This document shows, piece by piece, positions 35,883 through 45,373 of a stretch of 47,045 nucleotides of DNA. How positions within the stretch are numbered: position 1 is the first letter of the stretch; each line of letters begins with the position of its first letter. Both the position numbers and the translations under genes were made by a program. The stretch lies in the sequence record SRR22947725_2658; one strand, written 5' to 3'. The notes under the pieces are model-generated. The model ran no database searches. It was not told the DNA's origin and worked only from the letters and a program-made list of their open reading frames with translations.

Positions 35883-37076
35883 TCAAGAAAGGATGGCGGC
35901 ATCCCAATCTTTCCAAACTGGTTCATACCCTGAACTTCGAATTTGTTCCGCCATTTCCGTGGGGGTACGTTCGTCTGCGATATCGAATTGTCCTGTTGCC
36001 TGCGCTGAACCATTATCCCATTCACTGGAACCCTCTGCCAATGGTATGATGCGTCCTTTGGTCGTCTGGTGCAGGTTCTCTTTTCCTGCGCCAGTGTAAC
36101 CTCCTGGTTCAGTATGGCTTCCTGCGCTCATCATGGTAATGCCCAATGGGATCAGCCCGTTTCGCAGTGATGAGGGTTCGCGTGTCGATAACACCAGTCC
36201 CACATCAGGAAAACATATTCGGAAAGCAGTGATCAATTGCACCAAATGCATATCCGAGAGATGAGTCAATGGTTGAAAAGATCCGGCACATGGGCGGAGC
36301 CTTGGGAAGGATAGTGTGATCTGAGCTTTCCAGCATGTCTTGAGCAAGTACTCGGTGTGAGCTGCCAGAGCAAGCGCTTCATGTCTCCAGTCGGCCAGTC
36401 CAAATAAAGCGCCAATGCCAAGGCGCCTGAATCCTGCTTCATAGGCCCTTTCCGGAGTGACTAATCGCCAATCGAAATCTTTCTTGGGGCCTGCGGTGTG
36501 CATTTGTTGATAAATCTCAGGGTCATAAGTTTCCTGATACACGATTAACCCCTCCGCGCCTGCCTGAACCATGGGGCGATATTCATCTGTTTCCATTGGG
36601 CCAACCTCCAGTGACAAACCTGGCACGGTTGGCTTGAGTGCCTTCAGGCAGGTTTCCATGTAGCCCGAGGACACAAATTTAGGATGTTCTCCAGCAACCA
36701 GCAGTATATTTCGAAACCCCTGACTGCCAATTTCTCTGGCTTCACGTACTACCTCATCGACTTCAAGCGTCACTCGTAAGATTGGGTTATCTCTGGAGAA
36801 ACCACAATATTGGCAATTGTTTATGCACTCGTTTGACAGGTAGAGCGGTGCAAACAAGCGAATGACCTTACCAAATCGCTGTTGAGTAATGGTTTTGGAT
36901 GCATGGCAGAGCTGCTCCAGATGCTTTTCTGCTTCAGGCGAAACAAGCGCCATGAAGCGTTGCATCACGCTGCCTGAACCCTGCAGTGCCTGCAATACCT
37001 TGTCGGGCGTTGCAGCATTGCTCCTGTCGCGCCATTGTCCCAGGGGGAGTCGATGAAATGTTTCGACAAAACTCAC
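35883..37076 (-). CDS. thiH: 2-iminoacetate synthase (radical SAM tyrosine lyase) ThiH
   Basis: LFAPLYLSNECINNCQYCGF (CxxxCxxC), LLVAGE, YQETY, GALFGL, PRLRP, LSTRE, SAGS.T.PGGY, QF.I.DER, VWKDWD. Confidence 0.95.
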   Translation of the reverse strand: MSFVETFHRLPLGQWRDRSNAATPDKVLQALQGSGSVMQRFMALVSPEAEKHLEQLCHASKTITQQRFGKVIRLFAPLYLSNECINNCQYCGFSRDNPILRVTLEVDEVVREAREIGSQGFRNILLVAGEHPKFVSSGYMETCLKALKPTVPGLSLEVGPMETDEYRPMVQAGAEGLIVYQETYDPEIYQQMHTAGPKKDFDWRLVTPERAYEAGFRRLGIGALFGLADWRHEALALAAHTEYLLKTCWKAQITLSFPRLRPCAGSFQPLTHLSDMHLVQLITAFRICFPDVGLVLSTREPSSLRNGLIPLGITMMSAGSHTEPGGYTGAGKENLHQTTKGRIIPLAEGSSEWDNGSAQATGQFDIADERTPTEMAEQIRSSGYEPVWKDWDAAILS

Positions 37077-37127
37077 ACCGGCACTATGGAGCAGAGCTGC
37101 TTCTGCCGCAAACGGAATGAGGAAAAA

Positions 37128-38651
37128 TTAATGATTTTCGCCCTGTCCACCCAATGCATCCTCCAATTGGTGACAAATGGATCGAAGGATTTGGATGCGT
37201 GCAAACTTCTTGTTGTTGCCTGCCACAATAGTCCAAGGAGCATTTTGTGTGTTGGTCAGGCTGATCATATTGTTGACTGCCAATTCATATTGAGGCCATT
37301 TTTCACGATTTCGCCAGTCTTCATCCGTAATCTTGTGGCGTTTATAGGGAATTTTCAGTCGCTTCTTGAATCGTTCCATTTGCTTCTCCTGATTGATATG
37401 CAGCCAAAATTTGCATACAACCGTGCCGTGATCAGTTAACTGCCGCTCGAATTCATTAATTTCCTGATAGGCCCTTTTCCACTCGTGTTCTTTGGCAAAT
37501 TTTTCAATCCGTTCGACAAGCACCCTGCCATACCAGGATCGATCGAATATGGTGATGCGGCCAGCTCTTGGCAGAGGGTTCCAAAATCGCCATAAATAGT
37601 GGTAATTACTTTCTTCAGGAGTAGGTGCAGCTACACACACTATTCGATACAGACGAGCATCAATAGCAGCTGTGACCCTTTTGATTGCACTACCCTTACC
37701 TCCAGCATCCCAACCTTCAAACACGAGGACCGTGGAAATATTTCTGTCGTATGCTTCCCAGAAAAGCCGGTGCAAGCGTCCCTGCCAGGTAATCAGGGCT
37801 TGTTCGTACATTTCCACTTCGAGACGTTGCTCAAGATCGACCTCTGCAAGGAAATTTTTCTCAACTTTAGGAATCGTGATTTGAGCCTTTTTCTTGGGGC
37901 GAGCTGATTTTTCCAGCTTGATTGCTTGCATCATTGCTTCGTGCAACAATCGGCCGACAGTCACGTTCCGCCACTCCTTGATGGAAGCATCCACGATATG
38001 CCAGGGCGCTTCCTTACTGCGTGTGAAAAGGATCAATTGTTCAGCGGCTTCTGAAAACTGCTCGTAAAGATTGTGGTGTTTCCAGTCATCACGCATGGCC
38101 CGCCAATGTTCCTGAGGATTTTCATAGAGATCCTTGAGTCGCCGATGCTGAGCTCCTTTGGTAAGATGCATCCAGATTTTTACCTGAATGGTGCCATCTT
38201 TAAGGACCATGTTTTCAAAGAATCTAATGTCCTTGCTTATTTCAGAAACCCATTCGGTGCCGCGTCTCTCGTGGACGTATTTGTCAATCGGATCGGTATA
38301 CATGCCCCCGAACCAGATAGCAATTCTCCCGCGGCTAGGTAGTGATTGCCAATAACGCCACTGATAAGGGCGATCTGTGGCGTTGGCTGCCATGTCCCAA
38401 AAACTATGCGTGTCCAAGCCTCTTGGGTCCAACCACTCATTGAGGATTTGGATTACTTCACCCTTGCCTGCGCCATCGACTCCTCCAATCGTAATAACCA
38501 CCGACTGTGAAGTTTCATTAAGGGCACGCTGCGCTAGCAGGAGATCTGCCCTGAGATTGGTTACAAGCTCATCATACGCTTTGCGACCAATTTTTTCGGC
38601 AGATTCCATCGAGTGAAATACGTCTTCCTGAGTGACCACTTCGCATTTCAT
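37128..38651 (-). CDS. pap: Polyphosphate:AMP phosphotransferase (class II PPK2, tandem domains)
   Basis: N-terminal domain GVDGAGKG..WLDPRG; C-terminal domain FEGWDAGGKG, FDRSWYGRVLVER, KFWLHI, KITDEDWRNREKW; start uncertain (38651 or 38702). Confidence 0.93.
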   Translation of the reverse strand: MKCEVVTQEDVFHSMESAEKIGRKAYDELVTNLRADLLLAQRALNETSQSVVITIGGVDGAGKGEVIQILNEWLDPRGLDTHSFWDMAANATDRPYQWRYWQSLPSRGRIAIWFGGMYTDPIDKYVHERRGTEWVSEISKDIRFFENMVLKDGTIQVKIWMHLTKGAQHRRLKDLYENPQEHWRAMRDDWKHHNLYEQFSEAAEQLILFTRSKEAPWHIVDASIKEWRNVTVGRLLHEAMMQAIKLEKSARPKKKAQITIPKVEKNFLAEVDLEQRLEVEMYEQALITWQGRLHRLFWEAYDRNISTVLVFEGWDAGGKGSAIKRVTAAIDARLYRIVCVAAPTPEESNYHYLWRFWNPLPRAGRITIFDRSWYGRVLVERIEKFAKEHEWKRAYQEINEFERQLTDHGTVVCKFWLHINQEKQMERFKKRLKIPYKRHKITDEDWRNREKWPQYELAVNNMISLTNTQNAPWTIVAGNNKKFARIQILRSICHQLEDALGGQGENH

Positions 38652-38755
38652 GGGGAACTTGTCAACGGGCTGTATTTTGTCGAATTCAAAGAATGGATGC
38701 AACGTTTCGTTATGAAATTATCTCGTTCTCGAGAAGGTAAGAAGGCTTGGTGGAG

Positions 38756-38800
38756 AAACAAAAAAACTCCGGCGTAATGAAGAATCAAAACGCCGGAGTT
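38756..38800 (-). terminator. Intrinsic terminator of the triple-CBM9 gene
   Basis: Perfect 11-bp inverted repeat aactccggcgt (38765-38775) / acgccggagtt (38790-38800), followed on the minus strand by a T run; 17 bp after the stop codon. Confidence 0.8.
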
Positions 38801-38817
38801 AAATGTGAAATCAAGCC

Positions 38818-41403
38818 TTATCTGACCCGGTAGAAGGCTTGGCTTGCAGAAGCTTCAATAGCGACGCCGCTAGCGGCATTGTCAACAGCTGACCATGGGC
38901 CTGTGACAGCAGGTGCTGATTGAAGTGTGCCATTGCCCTCCCACGTCAGCACAATCACACCATCGGCCATGCTAATCGAAACATCAGCCGCATTGTCTCC
39001 GCCGTCAGAACTCGCTTGCCCGAGGACCAAATTGCCATAGGTGAATTCATTATGAGGAGAACCATTCCAGTTAAGCTGGGATTTACGGCCTGCTCCATCG
39101 TCGTCATTCATCGCAATGTTAAAACCTACACTGGCACCATCAGCAATGCCCAATGATGCTTTGGTGATTTTAAATTCCATTTGGTAACCTTCATCTGTTC
39201 CTGTAGTGGCTGCGAACCAGTCTGCAGATGCTCCGAAACTTGGATTGTTGGCTTCATTGTCACGTCGTGCCCCATTGGGAGTCAGGACGTATTGACCCTC
39301 AAATTGTTTTTCAGTGTCGCGACCGGCCAAGTTACTTTCATCGGCATCAAAGAATATCTCAATGCTGTCATCGACCCATGTTTGTCCGTCTTCTGACCCG
39401 GCTTCTGCGCTGTCAGTGTAAATCTGGTCGTCAATTGCATCGATACCCACGTAGATTGCCTCATCATCATGCACGATCCAGGCTGTCAAACTATGATCGC
39501 CATCTTCCCATTCATCATTACCAACTCCAATATGATATGATCCGGTGTGACTGTTCAAAACAACAGCAGTTGCACTTTCGTATTCAGCCGCATTCACGAC
39601 ACCATCTATCGTCGGTGTGCTGGATTTAGGTGCAGTGTAAGTGCGTCCTCCGATGAACAAGTTGCCATAGGTTGATTCAATATGCGTGGCACCGGACCAA
39701 AGCACCTGGCGATTGGATCCACCACTGGTGTCGTCATCATTCACACCGACATTGAAACCAATAATATCACCCGGTTGAGGGTTGCCTATGGCGTCGAGAG
39801 AGATTCTGAATTCCGCAACATATCCCGTATCCGTTAATTCTGTGAGCGCATACCATGCATCATTTGGACCGTAACCGGGATTACCTGCTTCAGCTTGGCG
39901 GTAGGCGTTGTTGGCAGTGATGACAAATTGCCCGCCCGTGTCAATCACTTCCGGGTTTCCGTCTGTGCTTCGCTCTTCGAAATTACTATTATCTCCATCA
40001 ATGAAGATTTCAACACTGTCATCCAGCCATGTTTGACCGTTCTCAGATCCAGCTTCGGCACTATCGGTCTCAATCCAATCATCCTTGACCTCAATGGCGA
40101 TATATAAATTTTCATCATCGACGCCAGTATAGATGTTGTATTCTAGATCGTTGGCATCAAAGGGTAACTCAGAAGGGCCATCAACGGGACCACCCCCTCT
40201 GAACAAATCTTCCAGATTTTCATCATAGCTGACGCGCCAATAGTTGCCTGCGGCACCGCCTGCCCAGCTCCAGGACTCGTTGGGATCGAGAATACCATCA
40301 ATAATTGGTGCTTCGGGTAATTGAAGTGCCACTTGAGTTTTTGTGTCATCCAGCGCTGGTCCATCTCCAACCACTGGTGGCTTTTCCTCTGGATCAGTGG
40401 GCTCACCACCGCCACCTGTTTCGCTTGCAGCTGCAAAGATGATCTCGCCTGTGCCACCATGTGAAAGCCGCCCCGAACTACTGATGATAGGGTCATGCCA
40501 TTTTTCATACTCTTTGTTGGCAATTTCCTCCTCCGTGTAATACTCAGCTTCTTCAGCATTCCAACCTTCGAACCTCGCGCGATTAGCCCAGAAATATTGA
40601 AGTTCCAGATCTTGGCCTCTATCGCCTGATCCATTGATCCCTGGTCCAGCCTTGTCATCGTCATCAATGGCAATGTTGAATCCCATGGTATATCCATCCT
40701 GTAGTTTGTTGCCTTTATCTGGATCTTCGAAGAGTCGTTTGTGAAATCTGACTTCCAGTTGCCAGCCTCCATCGACTGGTCCACCGACCCCCCATACATC
40801 ACCGTCTTCACCATAACTCATATCTTCGACGGCGGTGCTCCAGCGTCCGGTTCCACGAGCTCCAGCTTCTTCATCCCATACAGAGAACTGACCCTTGTAA
40901 TTGAAATAGCAATGACCTCCGAAAGGATCGTTTGAATTATCCGTGTTGTTGTCGTAGCGATCGTTCATGGCATCAATGACGATTTCTACAGAATCATCTT
41001 TCCAGAACTGGGTGTTTTCATCATCGGAATTAAGAACATCGTCATTGACATCCACTCCAACATAAAAATAGGTCTCATCGTGAGCCAACCAGTATGTAAA
41101 GCTGGAATCAGCGGCATCGTCCCAGGATCGATCTGCTGGAAAATCAAGGATCCATGCATTGTCGCCGGGAGTAACGTTGATCCCTGAAAACCCACCATAT
41201 TCTGCTGGGTTTGTCTTACCATCAACGGAGATGGATCCATTATCCACCATCGGCACAGTCAGGGTTGTTTTATCTATATCGGACCAAGGTCCTTCTGAAG
41301 TTGAATCGAAGTCCAAGACTTGAGCAGAAGAATGGTGTTGAATAAGCATGGACGCACTGAGGATCACGCATGCCTTGCCTAGCATTCCAAATCGGGGGTT
41401 CAT
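38818..41403 (-). CDS. Secreted acidic protein with three CBM9-like/DOMON-like sugar-binding domains and a short C-terminal domain
   Basis: Signal peptide; three repeats of (I/V)DG...Y(V/I)...D D...W.DDS(V/I)EI..D...E....GFN....DDD; Gly/Pro/Glu linker; start 41403 (alternatives 41439, 41436, 41385). Confidence 0.85.
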   Translation of the reverse strand: MNPRFGMLGKACVILSASMLIQHHSSAQVLDFDSTSEGPWSDIDKTTLTVPMVDNGSISVDGKTNPAEYGGFSGINVTPGDNAWILDFPADRSWDDAADSSFTYWLAHDETYFYVGVDVNDDVLNSDDENTQFWKDDSVEIVIDAMNDRYDNNTDNSNDPFGGHCYFNYKGQFSVWDEEAGARGTGRWSTAVEDMSYGEDGDVWGVGGPVDGGWQLEVRFHKRLFEDPDKGNKLQDGYTMGFNIAIDDDDKAGPGINGSGDRGQDLELQYFWANRARFEGWNAEEAEYYTEEEIANKEYEKWHDPIISSSGRLSHGGTGEIIFAAASETGGGGEPTDPEEKPPVVGDGPALDDTKTQVALQLPEAPIIDGILDPNESWSWAGGAAGNYWRVSYDENLEDLFRGGGPVDGPSELPFDANDLEYNIYTGVDDENLYIAIEVKDDWIETDSAEAGSENGQTWLDDSVEIFIDGDNSNFEERSTDGNPEVIDTGGQFVITANNAYRQAEAGNPGYGPNDAWYALTELTDTGYVAEFRISLDAIGNPQPGDIIGFNVGVNDDDTSGGSNRQVLWSGATHIESTYGNLFIGGRTYTAPKSSTPTIDGVVNAAEYESATAVVLNSHTGSYHIGVGNDEWEDGDHSLTAWIVHDDEAIYVGIDAIDDQIYTDSAEAGSEDGQTWVDDSIEIFFDADESNLAGRDTEKQFEGQYVLTPNGARRDNEANNPSFGASADWFAATTGTDEGYQMEFKITKASLGIADGASVGFNIAMNDDDGAGRKSQLNWNGSPHNEFTYGNLVLGQASSDGGDNAADVSISMADGVIVLTWEGNGTLQSAPAVTGPWSAVDNAASGVAIEASASQAFYRVR

Positions 41404-41508
41404 GAGAAAACCATAGCGAGGGTGTACAGCAGACATCAATCATAAAATACTGCTATGTGCTTTCCATGCTTCCGTATTTTTTCTCAATAGAGGTCCCAAC
41501 GGTCCACT

Positions 41509-42765
41509 TTACTTCGAAGATCTGTAGATCAGGTAGGGGAGGCGCTTAGACTGGAATTTTTCAAGGCCATGACGCCAGGACTCTACAATATTATCGACGG
41601 AGCGCCCAACCTGAAGGTCTAGCCGTGTGGCATTGGTGCCATTGACTTTATCAAAAAGTCCCCAGTTTTTGCCGGCTTCATTTTGGATGCGGATCATGTC
41701 CTTGCCCTGTTCCTTGCGCATGGCTTCGATGACATAAAGATTCACCGGCGTGAGGGGAGCCCTGACAGGATCCGTGAAATCCACTTTGACCGCAGGAATG
41801 GTCTTTCCTTTGTAGCGCCCGCGCGCAATCGTTGTTTTTATGGCACGGAAATTCAATCCTGGAAGTTTCAGGGCGTTCAGATAACGACTGACTTTATTCG
41901 CATCCAGCCAAGCAGAGCCGAATATTTCGAAGGGCATTTGAGTGCCAAATCCCAGATCCAAACCGCCAATTTCTCCAACCATACCCATCGCCACCTGAAA
42001 TAAAGGAGAGTGGGCATGAGGCACAAGAGGTGAGGTTGGTTTCCAGTTCAGTCCTGTGTCCCTCCAGACCATGTCCCTTTTCCAGCCTCGCATTGGAACG
42101 ATGTAGAGCACGCATGGGTGTTCGATCATACCTTCCTTGTTGAGCAATCTTGCGAGTTCTCCACATGTCATCCCGTAGACATATGGAATGGGCCATTGTC
42201 CTACCATGGACCTGAAGCGTGGATTGAACAGTGGCCCTTCAACACGAACGCCGCCGAGCGGATTGGGGCGATCCAGTACCATGAATTCCACTCCAGCTTT
42301 TCCGCATGCATTCATTGCCATGCCCATGGAACTGATAAAAGTGTAGGATCGCGCTCCCGTATCCTGCAGATCATAAACCAGAATGTCGATGTGTCTCAGC
42401 ATCGCCTCAGTAGGTTTGCGTATGGGCCCTGGCCCATAGAGCGAGAATACAGGCAGACCAGTGACCGGGTCCGTTCCATCGCGCACTTCTTTTCCCGCCG
42501 ATGCTTTACCATCCAATCCGTGCTCTGCGCCAAACAGGGCGACCAGATTTACTTCCGGGGCCCGGTGCAATAACTGGATCGTAGATACTCCCCGGCTATT
42601 GATCCCGCTTGGATTGGTGATAAGGCCTACTCGTTTACCTTGTAATGGCTCGAACTTGAGCAGTTCCAGCATATCACTTCCCAACTCCACCCTTGCCTGC
42701 AGGCCTGAGTTTGCGCATGCAAAAAGGACAATTGTCAATGGCAGGAGGAGATTTGTTTTCAACAT
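41509..42765 (-). CDS. namZ: Exo-beta-N-acetylmuramidase NamZ (DUF1343) family
   Basis: RVGLITNPSG, LFGAEHG, PVFSLYG, YDLQDTGARSYTF, LDRPNPLGG, GMTCGELA, W.PTSP; signal peptide from likely start 42765. Confidence 0.9.
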   Translation of the reverse strand: MLKTNLLLPLTIVLFACANSGLQARVELGSDMLELLKFEPLQGKRVGLITNPSGINSRGVSTIQLLHRAPEVNLVALFGAEHGLDGKASAGKEVRDGTDPVTGLPVFSLYGPGPIRKPTEAMLRHIDILVYDLQDTGARSYTFISSMGMAMNACGKAGVEFMVLDRPNPLGGVRVEGPLFNPRFRSMVGQWPIPYVYGMTCGELARLLNKEGMIEHPCVLYIVPMRGWKRDMVWRDTGLNWKPTSPLVPHAHSPLFQVAMGMVGEIGGLDLGFGTQMPFEIFGSAWLDANKVSRYLNALKLPGLNFRAIKTTIARGRYKGKTIPAVKVDFTDPVRAPLTPVNLYVIEAMRKEQGKDMIRIQNEAGKNWGLFDKVNGTNATRLDLQVGRSVDNIVESWRHGLEKFQSKRLPYLIYRSSK

Positions 42766-42937
42766 ATGGATCCAATATACTAAAATATTGGATTTTCTCA
42801 AATGGCTGGATGCATATCATGTTACAGGATTTCGTTTTTGTCCAGCTTGGGGAACGAAATCTCGGTTTTCATCAGTTGCAAGATCAAGCATTCCGGGTTA
42901 AGAATGTTCATCCAAAAAACTAATCATAGCTTACTCC

Positions 42938-45373
42938 ATGCATGCGCAACTAACCTTATTTCTCTCCCTGTTTTTAGGTGGACTGGTTTTGAACGGGAAT
43001 GAGCTGGATCTTGAAAGGATAATAGCCAAACACTGCTTTGATTGTCACGGTGATCAAAAATCCAAAGGTGGACTTAACCTGCAGCAGCTTCTTCAATCAA
43101 AACCATTGATCAGGCATCGCAAATCCTGGGATCATGTCCTTGAATTGGTTCAACAAAAGGAGATGCCACCTGAAGAGGATTCCCGCATCACTCCCGAGGA
43201 ACAGCGTACACTCCTGGCGCTTCTGGATAAGGAGGTCAATCATTTTGATTTTTCAACTGTTAACGATCCCGGATTCGAACAGGCACGACGCTTGAGTAAG
43301 CATGAGTATTTGAACACTGTCCGTGATTTGTTTGGCGTTTCCCAATTACCGGATCTGAAGTTCCCCGATGAGATGGCAGGCGCCAGTGGGTTTGATAATT
43401 CCGCAAATACTTTATTTTTGCAGACCTCATTGATGAGTCGCTACATTGCAGCAGCAGAACGTGTGGTCTCCACTCTGATGCCTGATACAACCGCAAACAC
43501 CAAACTGCTAGCTGTGCGCAAGCGCATGATTGTTGCGTATCCCAGCGCCGAAACCACTGCTCTCGAGGCGGCGCAACGTGTGCTGCAGCAGTTATTGTTG
43601 AGGGCTTACCGGAGGCCTTCGACACCAGATGAAATTCAGCGGTATCTGCTTTTGTTTGATTCGGTCTACAGAGTTGACAGCACTTTAAAAGGCTATGAGC
43701 TGGCCATCAAACAATGCATCCAAGCTGTTCTTATTTCCCCTAAGTTTTTGTTCCGGACTGAATCTGACTTTGAATCCACCGAGCCATACCGCATTGATTC
43801 CTTCGAGCTAGCCTCCAGATTATCTTATTTTCTCTGGGCGAGTATGCCGGACGGTGAGTTGCTGGACGCAGCCTTCAAGGATAATCTGCATCAGCCTGAA
43901 TTACTGGCAAAGCAGGTCAGGCGCATGGTGAAGGATGAAAAAGCGGATACCCTAGGGAATTTATTTGCAGCTCAGTGGCTGGGTTTTGGCCTTCTTGGGA
44001 ACCGGATTCGCCTGGACCCCATCGACAACCCCTGGTGCACGGATAGTTTGATGCAGTCCATGCGCGAAGAGTCCGCATTGTTTTTTGTTTCCTTGGTGCG
44101 CGGTAATCGTTCCGTCGCTGGCTTGATCAATGCACCTTACACGTTCATGAACGAGGAACTTTCGAGAGAAATTTACGGTTTGGATTCCATTCGTGGTAAC
44201 CATATGAGGCAGGTAACGCTCAATGATTCTGAGCGGGCGGGTATGTTGACTCATGGGAGCCTGATGGCGATCACCTCGAACTACAAAGAGACAAGCCCCA
44301 TCAAACGTGGTTATTGGATCCTTGAAACCCTTCTAGGGAAACCTTTACCGCCGCCTCCGCCGAATGCGGGTGCATTCAGGGAAGAATTGGAGAACAACGA
44401 TGCTCTCACCTTTCAGGAAAAAGTAGAGCTTCATTCGAATCGTGCGAGCTGCAAATCGTGCCACAGCAAGATCGATCCGCTTGGTTTCAGCCTTGAAAAT
44501 TTCGATTACTTCGGGCGGTGGCGAGATTCTTATCGCGTCTGGAGGCCAGAGCGGGAGAACCATGATGTCTGGCTGCTGCTGCAGTCGATGCAATTGATGG
44601 ATGCAAATGAATTACATCGTCGGCTGGTCAATATTGATCTGGAACCAGATGATTTTCTATGGGCCCAGCAGGTTTTTGCCCGATTGATGCAGCTTGACGA
44701 AGCCGATCAGAAATCTGAAATTGATGAAGCCATTACTGTTGTCGACCAGCGTCGATTGATCATGATCCTGAAAGAAATGGAAATTGAGCCACTCGAGTCG
44801 GAGGACCCTTGGTTTCAGTCAATTTATCAAGGCATCAATGAGTTGCGGAGCATTCCGGTGGCAGAGCTGCAAGATAAGCTGAATTCCTTGGAATTACCAG
44901 ATGATGAGAAGCAGGCATGCCTGATTTTAATCAGCCGTGCACTGAACTTGCCGCAGGTGGATTACAAAACTCGATTATCCGATCTGGGGGAAGAAACTCT
45001 GGATCAGCTTGCAGGTTGTCTGGAAGCCCTGGGAATCATGGACTGGGAAGAGGAAGAAAATGACGGGGAAGATCGGTTCGATTTGGTTGAGATTACTGGT
45101 AATGTCGAATTGTCGGATGGAACTCGGTTCCAAGGTTCCACAGGATTGCGTCAGAATTTGTTGGCCCGCCACCTGGATGACATGAGCCGTCAATTGATTC
45201 GTAAAATGTTATCCTACGCTCTGGGGCGTCAGCTGGAATATTACGACGAAAAGGCTGTCGAGGACATCATGAGCCATTTAAAGAAGCAAAAATACGCATT
45301 TGATGCTCTGATACATGGCATTGTTACCAGTTACCCATTTCAATTTAAAAAGGCCACTCACGATTCCCAATGA
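42938..45373 (+). CDS. DUF1592 family protein (cytochrome c, DUF1587, DUF1595, DUF1592, DUF1588, DUF1585) with a large insertion
   Basis: HCFDCHG..MPP, RRLSKHEYLNTVRDLFG, GFDN, RAYRRP, ELASRLSYFLWASMPD, TSPIKRGYWIL, CKSCHSKIDPLGFSLENFD..GRWR, KMLSYALGR. Confidence 0.94.
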   Translation: MHAQLTLFLSLFLGGLVLNGNELDLERIIAKHCFDCHGDQKSKGGLNLQQLLQSKPLIRHRKSWDHVLELVQQKEMPPEEDSRITPEEQRTLLALLDKEVNHFDFSTVNDPGFEQARRLSKHEYLNTVRDLFGVSQLPDLKFPDEMAGASGFDNSANTLFLQTSLMSRYIAAAERVVSTLMPDTTANTKLLAVRKRMIVAYPSAETTALEAAQRVLQQLLLRAYRRPSTPDEIQRYLLLFDSVYRVDSTLKGYELAIKQCIQAVLISPKFLFRTESDFESTEPYRIDSFELASRLSYFLWASMPDGELLDAAFKDNLHQPELLAKQVRRMVKDEKADTLGNLFAAQWLGFGLLGNRIRLDPIDNPWCTDSLMQSMREESALFFVSLVRGNRSVAGLINAPYTFMNEELSREIYGLDSIRGNHMRQVTLNDSERAGMLTHGSLMAITSNYKETSPIKRGYWILETLLGKPLPPPPPNAGAFREELENNDALTFQEKVELHSNRASCKSCHSKIDPLGFSLENFDYFGRWRDSYRVWRPERENHDVWLLLQSMQLMDANELHRRLVNIDLEPDDFLWAQQVFARLMQLDEADQKSEIDEAITVVDQRRLIMILKEMEIEPLESEDPWFQSIYQGINELRSIPVAELQDKLNSLELPDDEKQACLILISRALNLPQVDYKTRLSDLGEETLDQLAGCLEALGIMDWEEEENDGEDRFDLVEITGNVELSDGTRFQGSTGLRQNLLARHLDDMSRQLIRKMLSYALGRQLEYYDEKAVEDIMSHLKKQKYAFDALIHGIVTSYPFQFKKATHDSQ
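44567..45075 (+). repeat. Two diverged in-frame repeats with an 85-aa period inside the DUF1592 protein
   Basis: Unit 1 from 44567 (VWLLLQSMQLMDANELHRRLVNIDLEPDD...RLMQLDEADQKSEI) aligns without gaps to unit 2 from 44822 (IYQGINELRSIPVAELQDKLNSLELPDDE...RALNLPQVDYKTRL). Visible at protein level only. Confidence 0.6.

Noticed and set aside
37950..38651. Degenerate N-terminal PPK2 domain (FGGMY in place of FDRSWY) as a possible novelty
   Set aside because: A divergent N-terminal domain is expected in two-domain class II PPK2 enzymes.
40143..40814. 223-aa alternative-frame ORF inside the CBM9 gene, plus many other 60-170 aa shadow ORFs
   Set aside because: Fully nested in well-supported genes with no motifs; explained by codon bias of the real frame.
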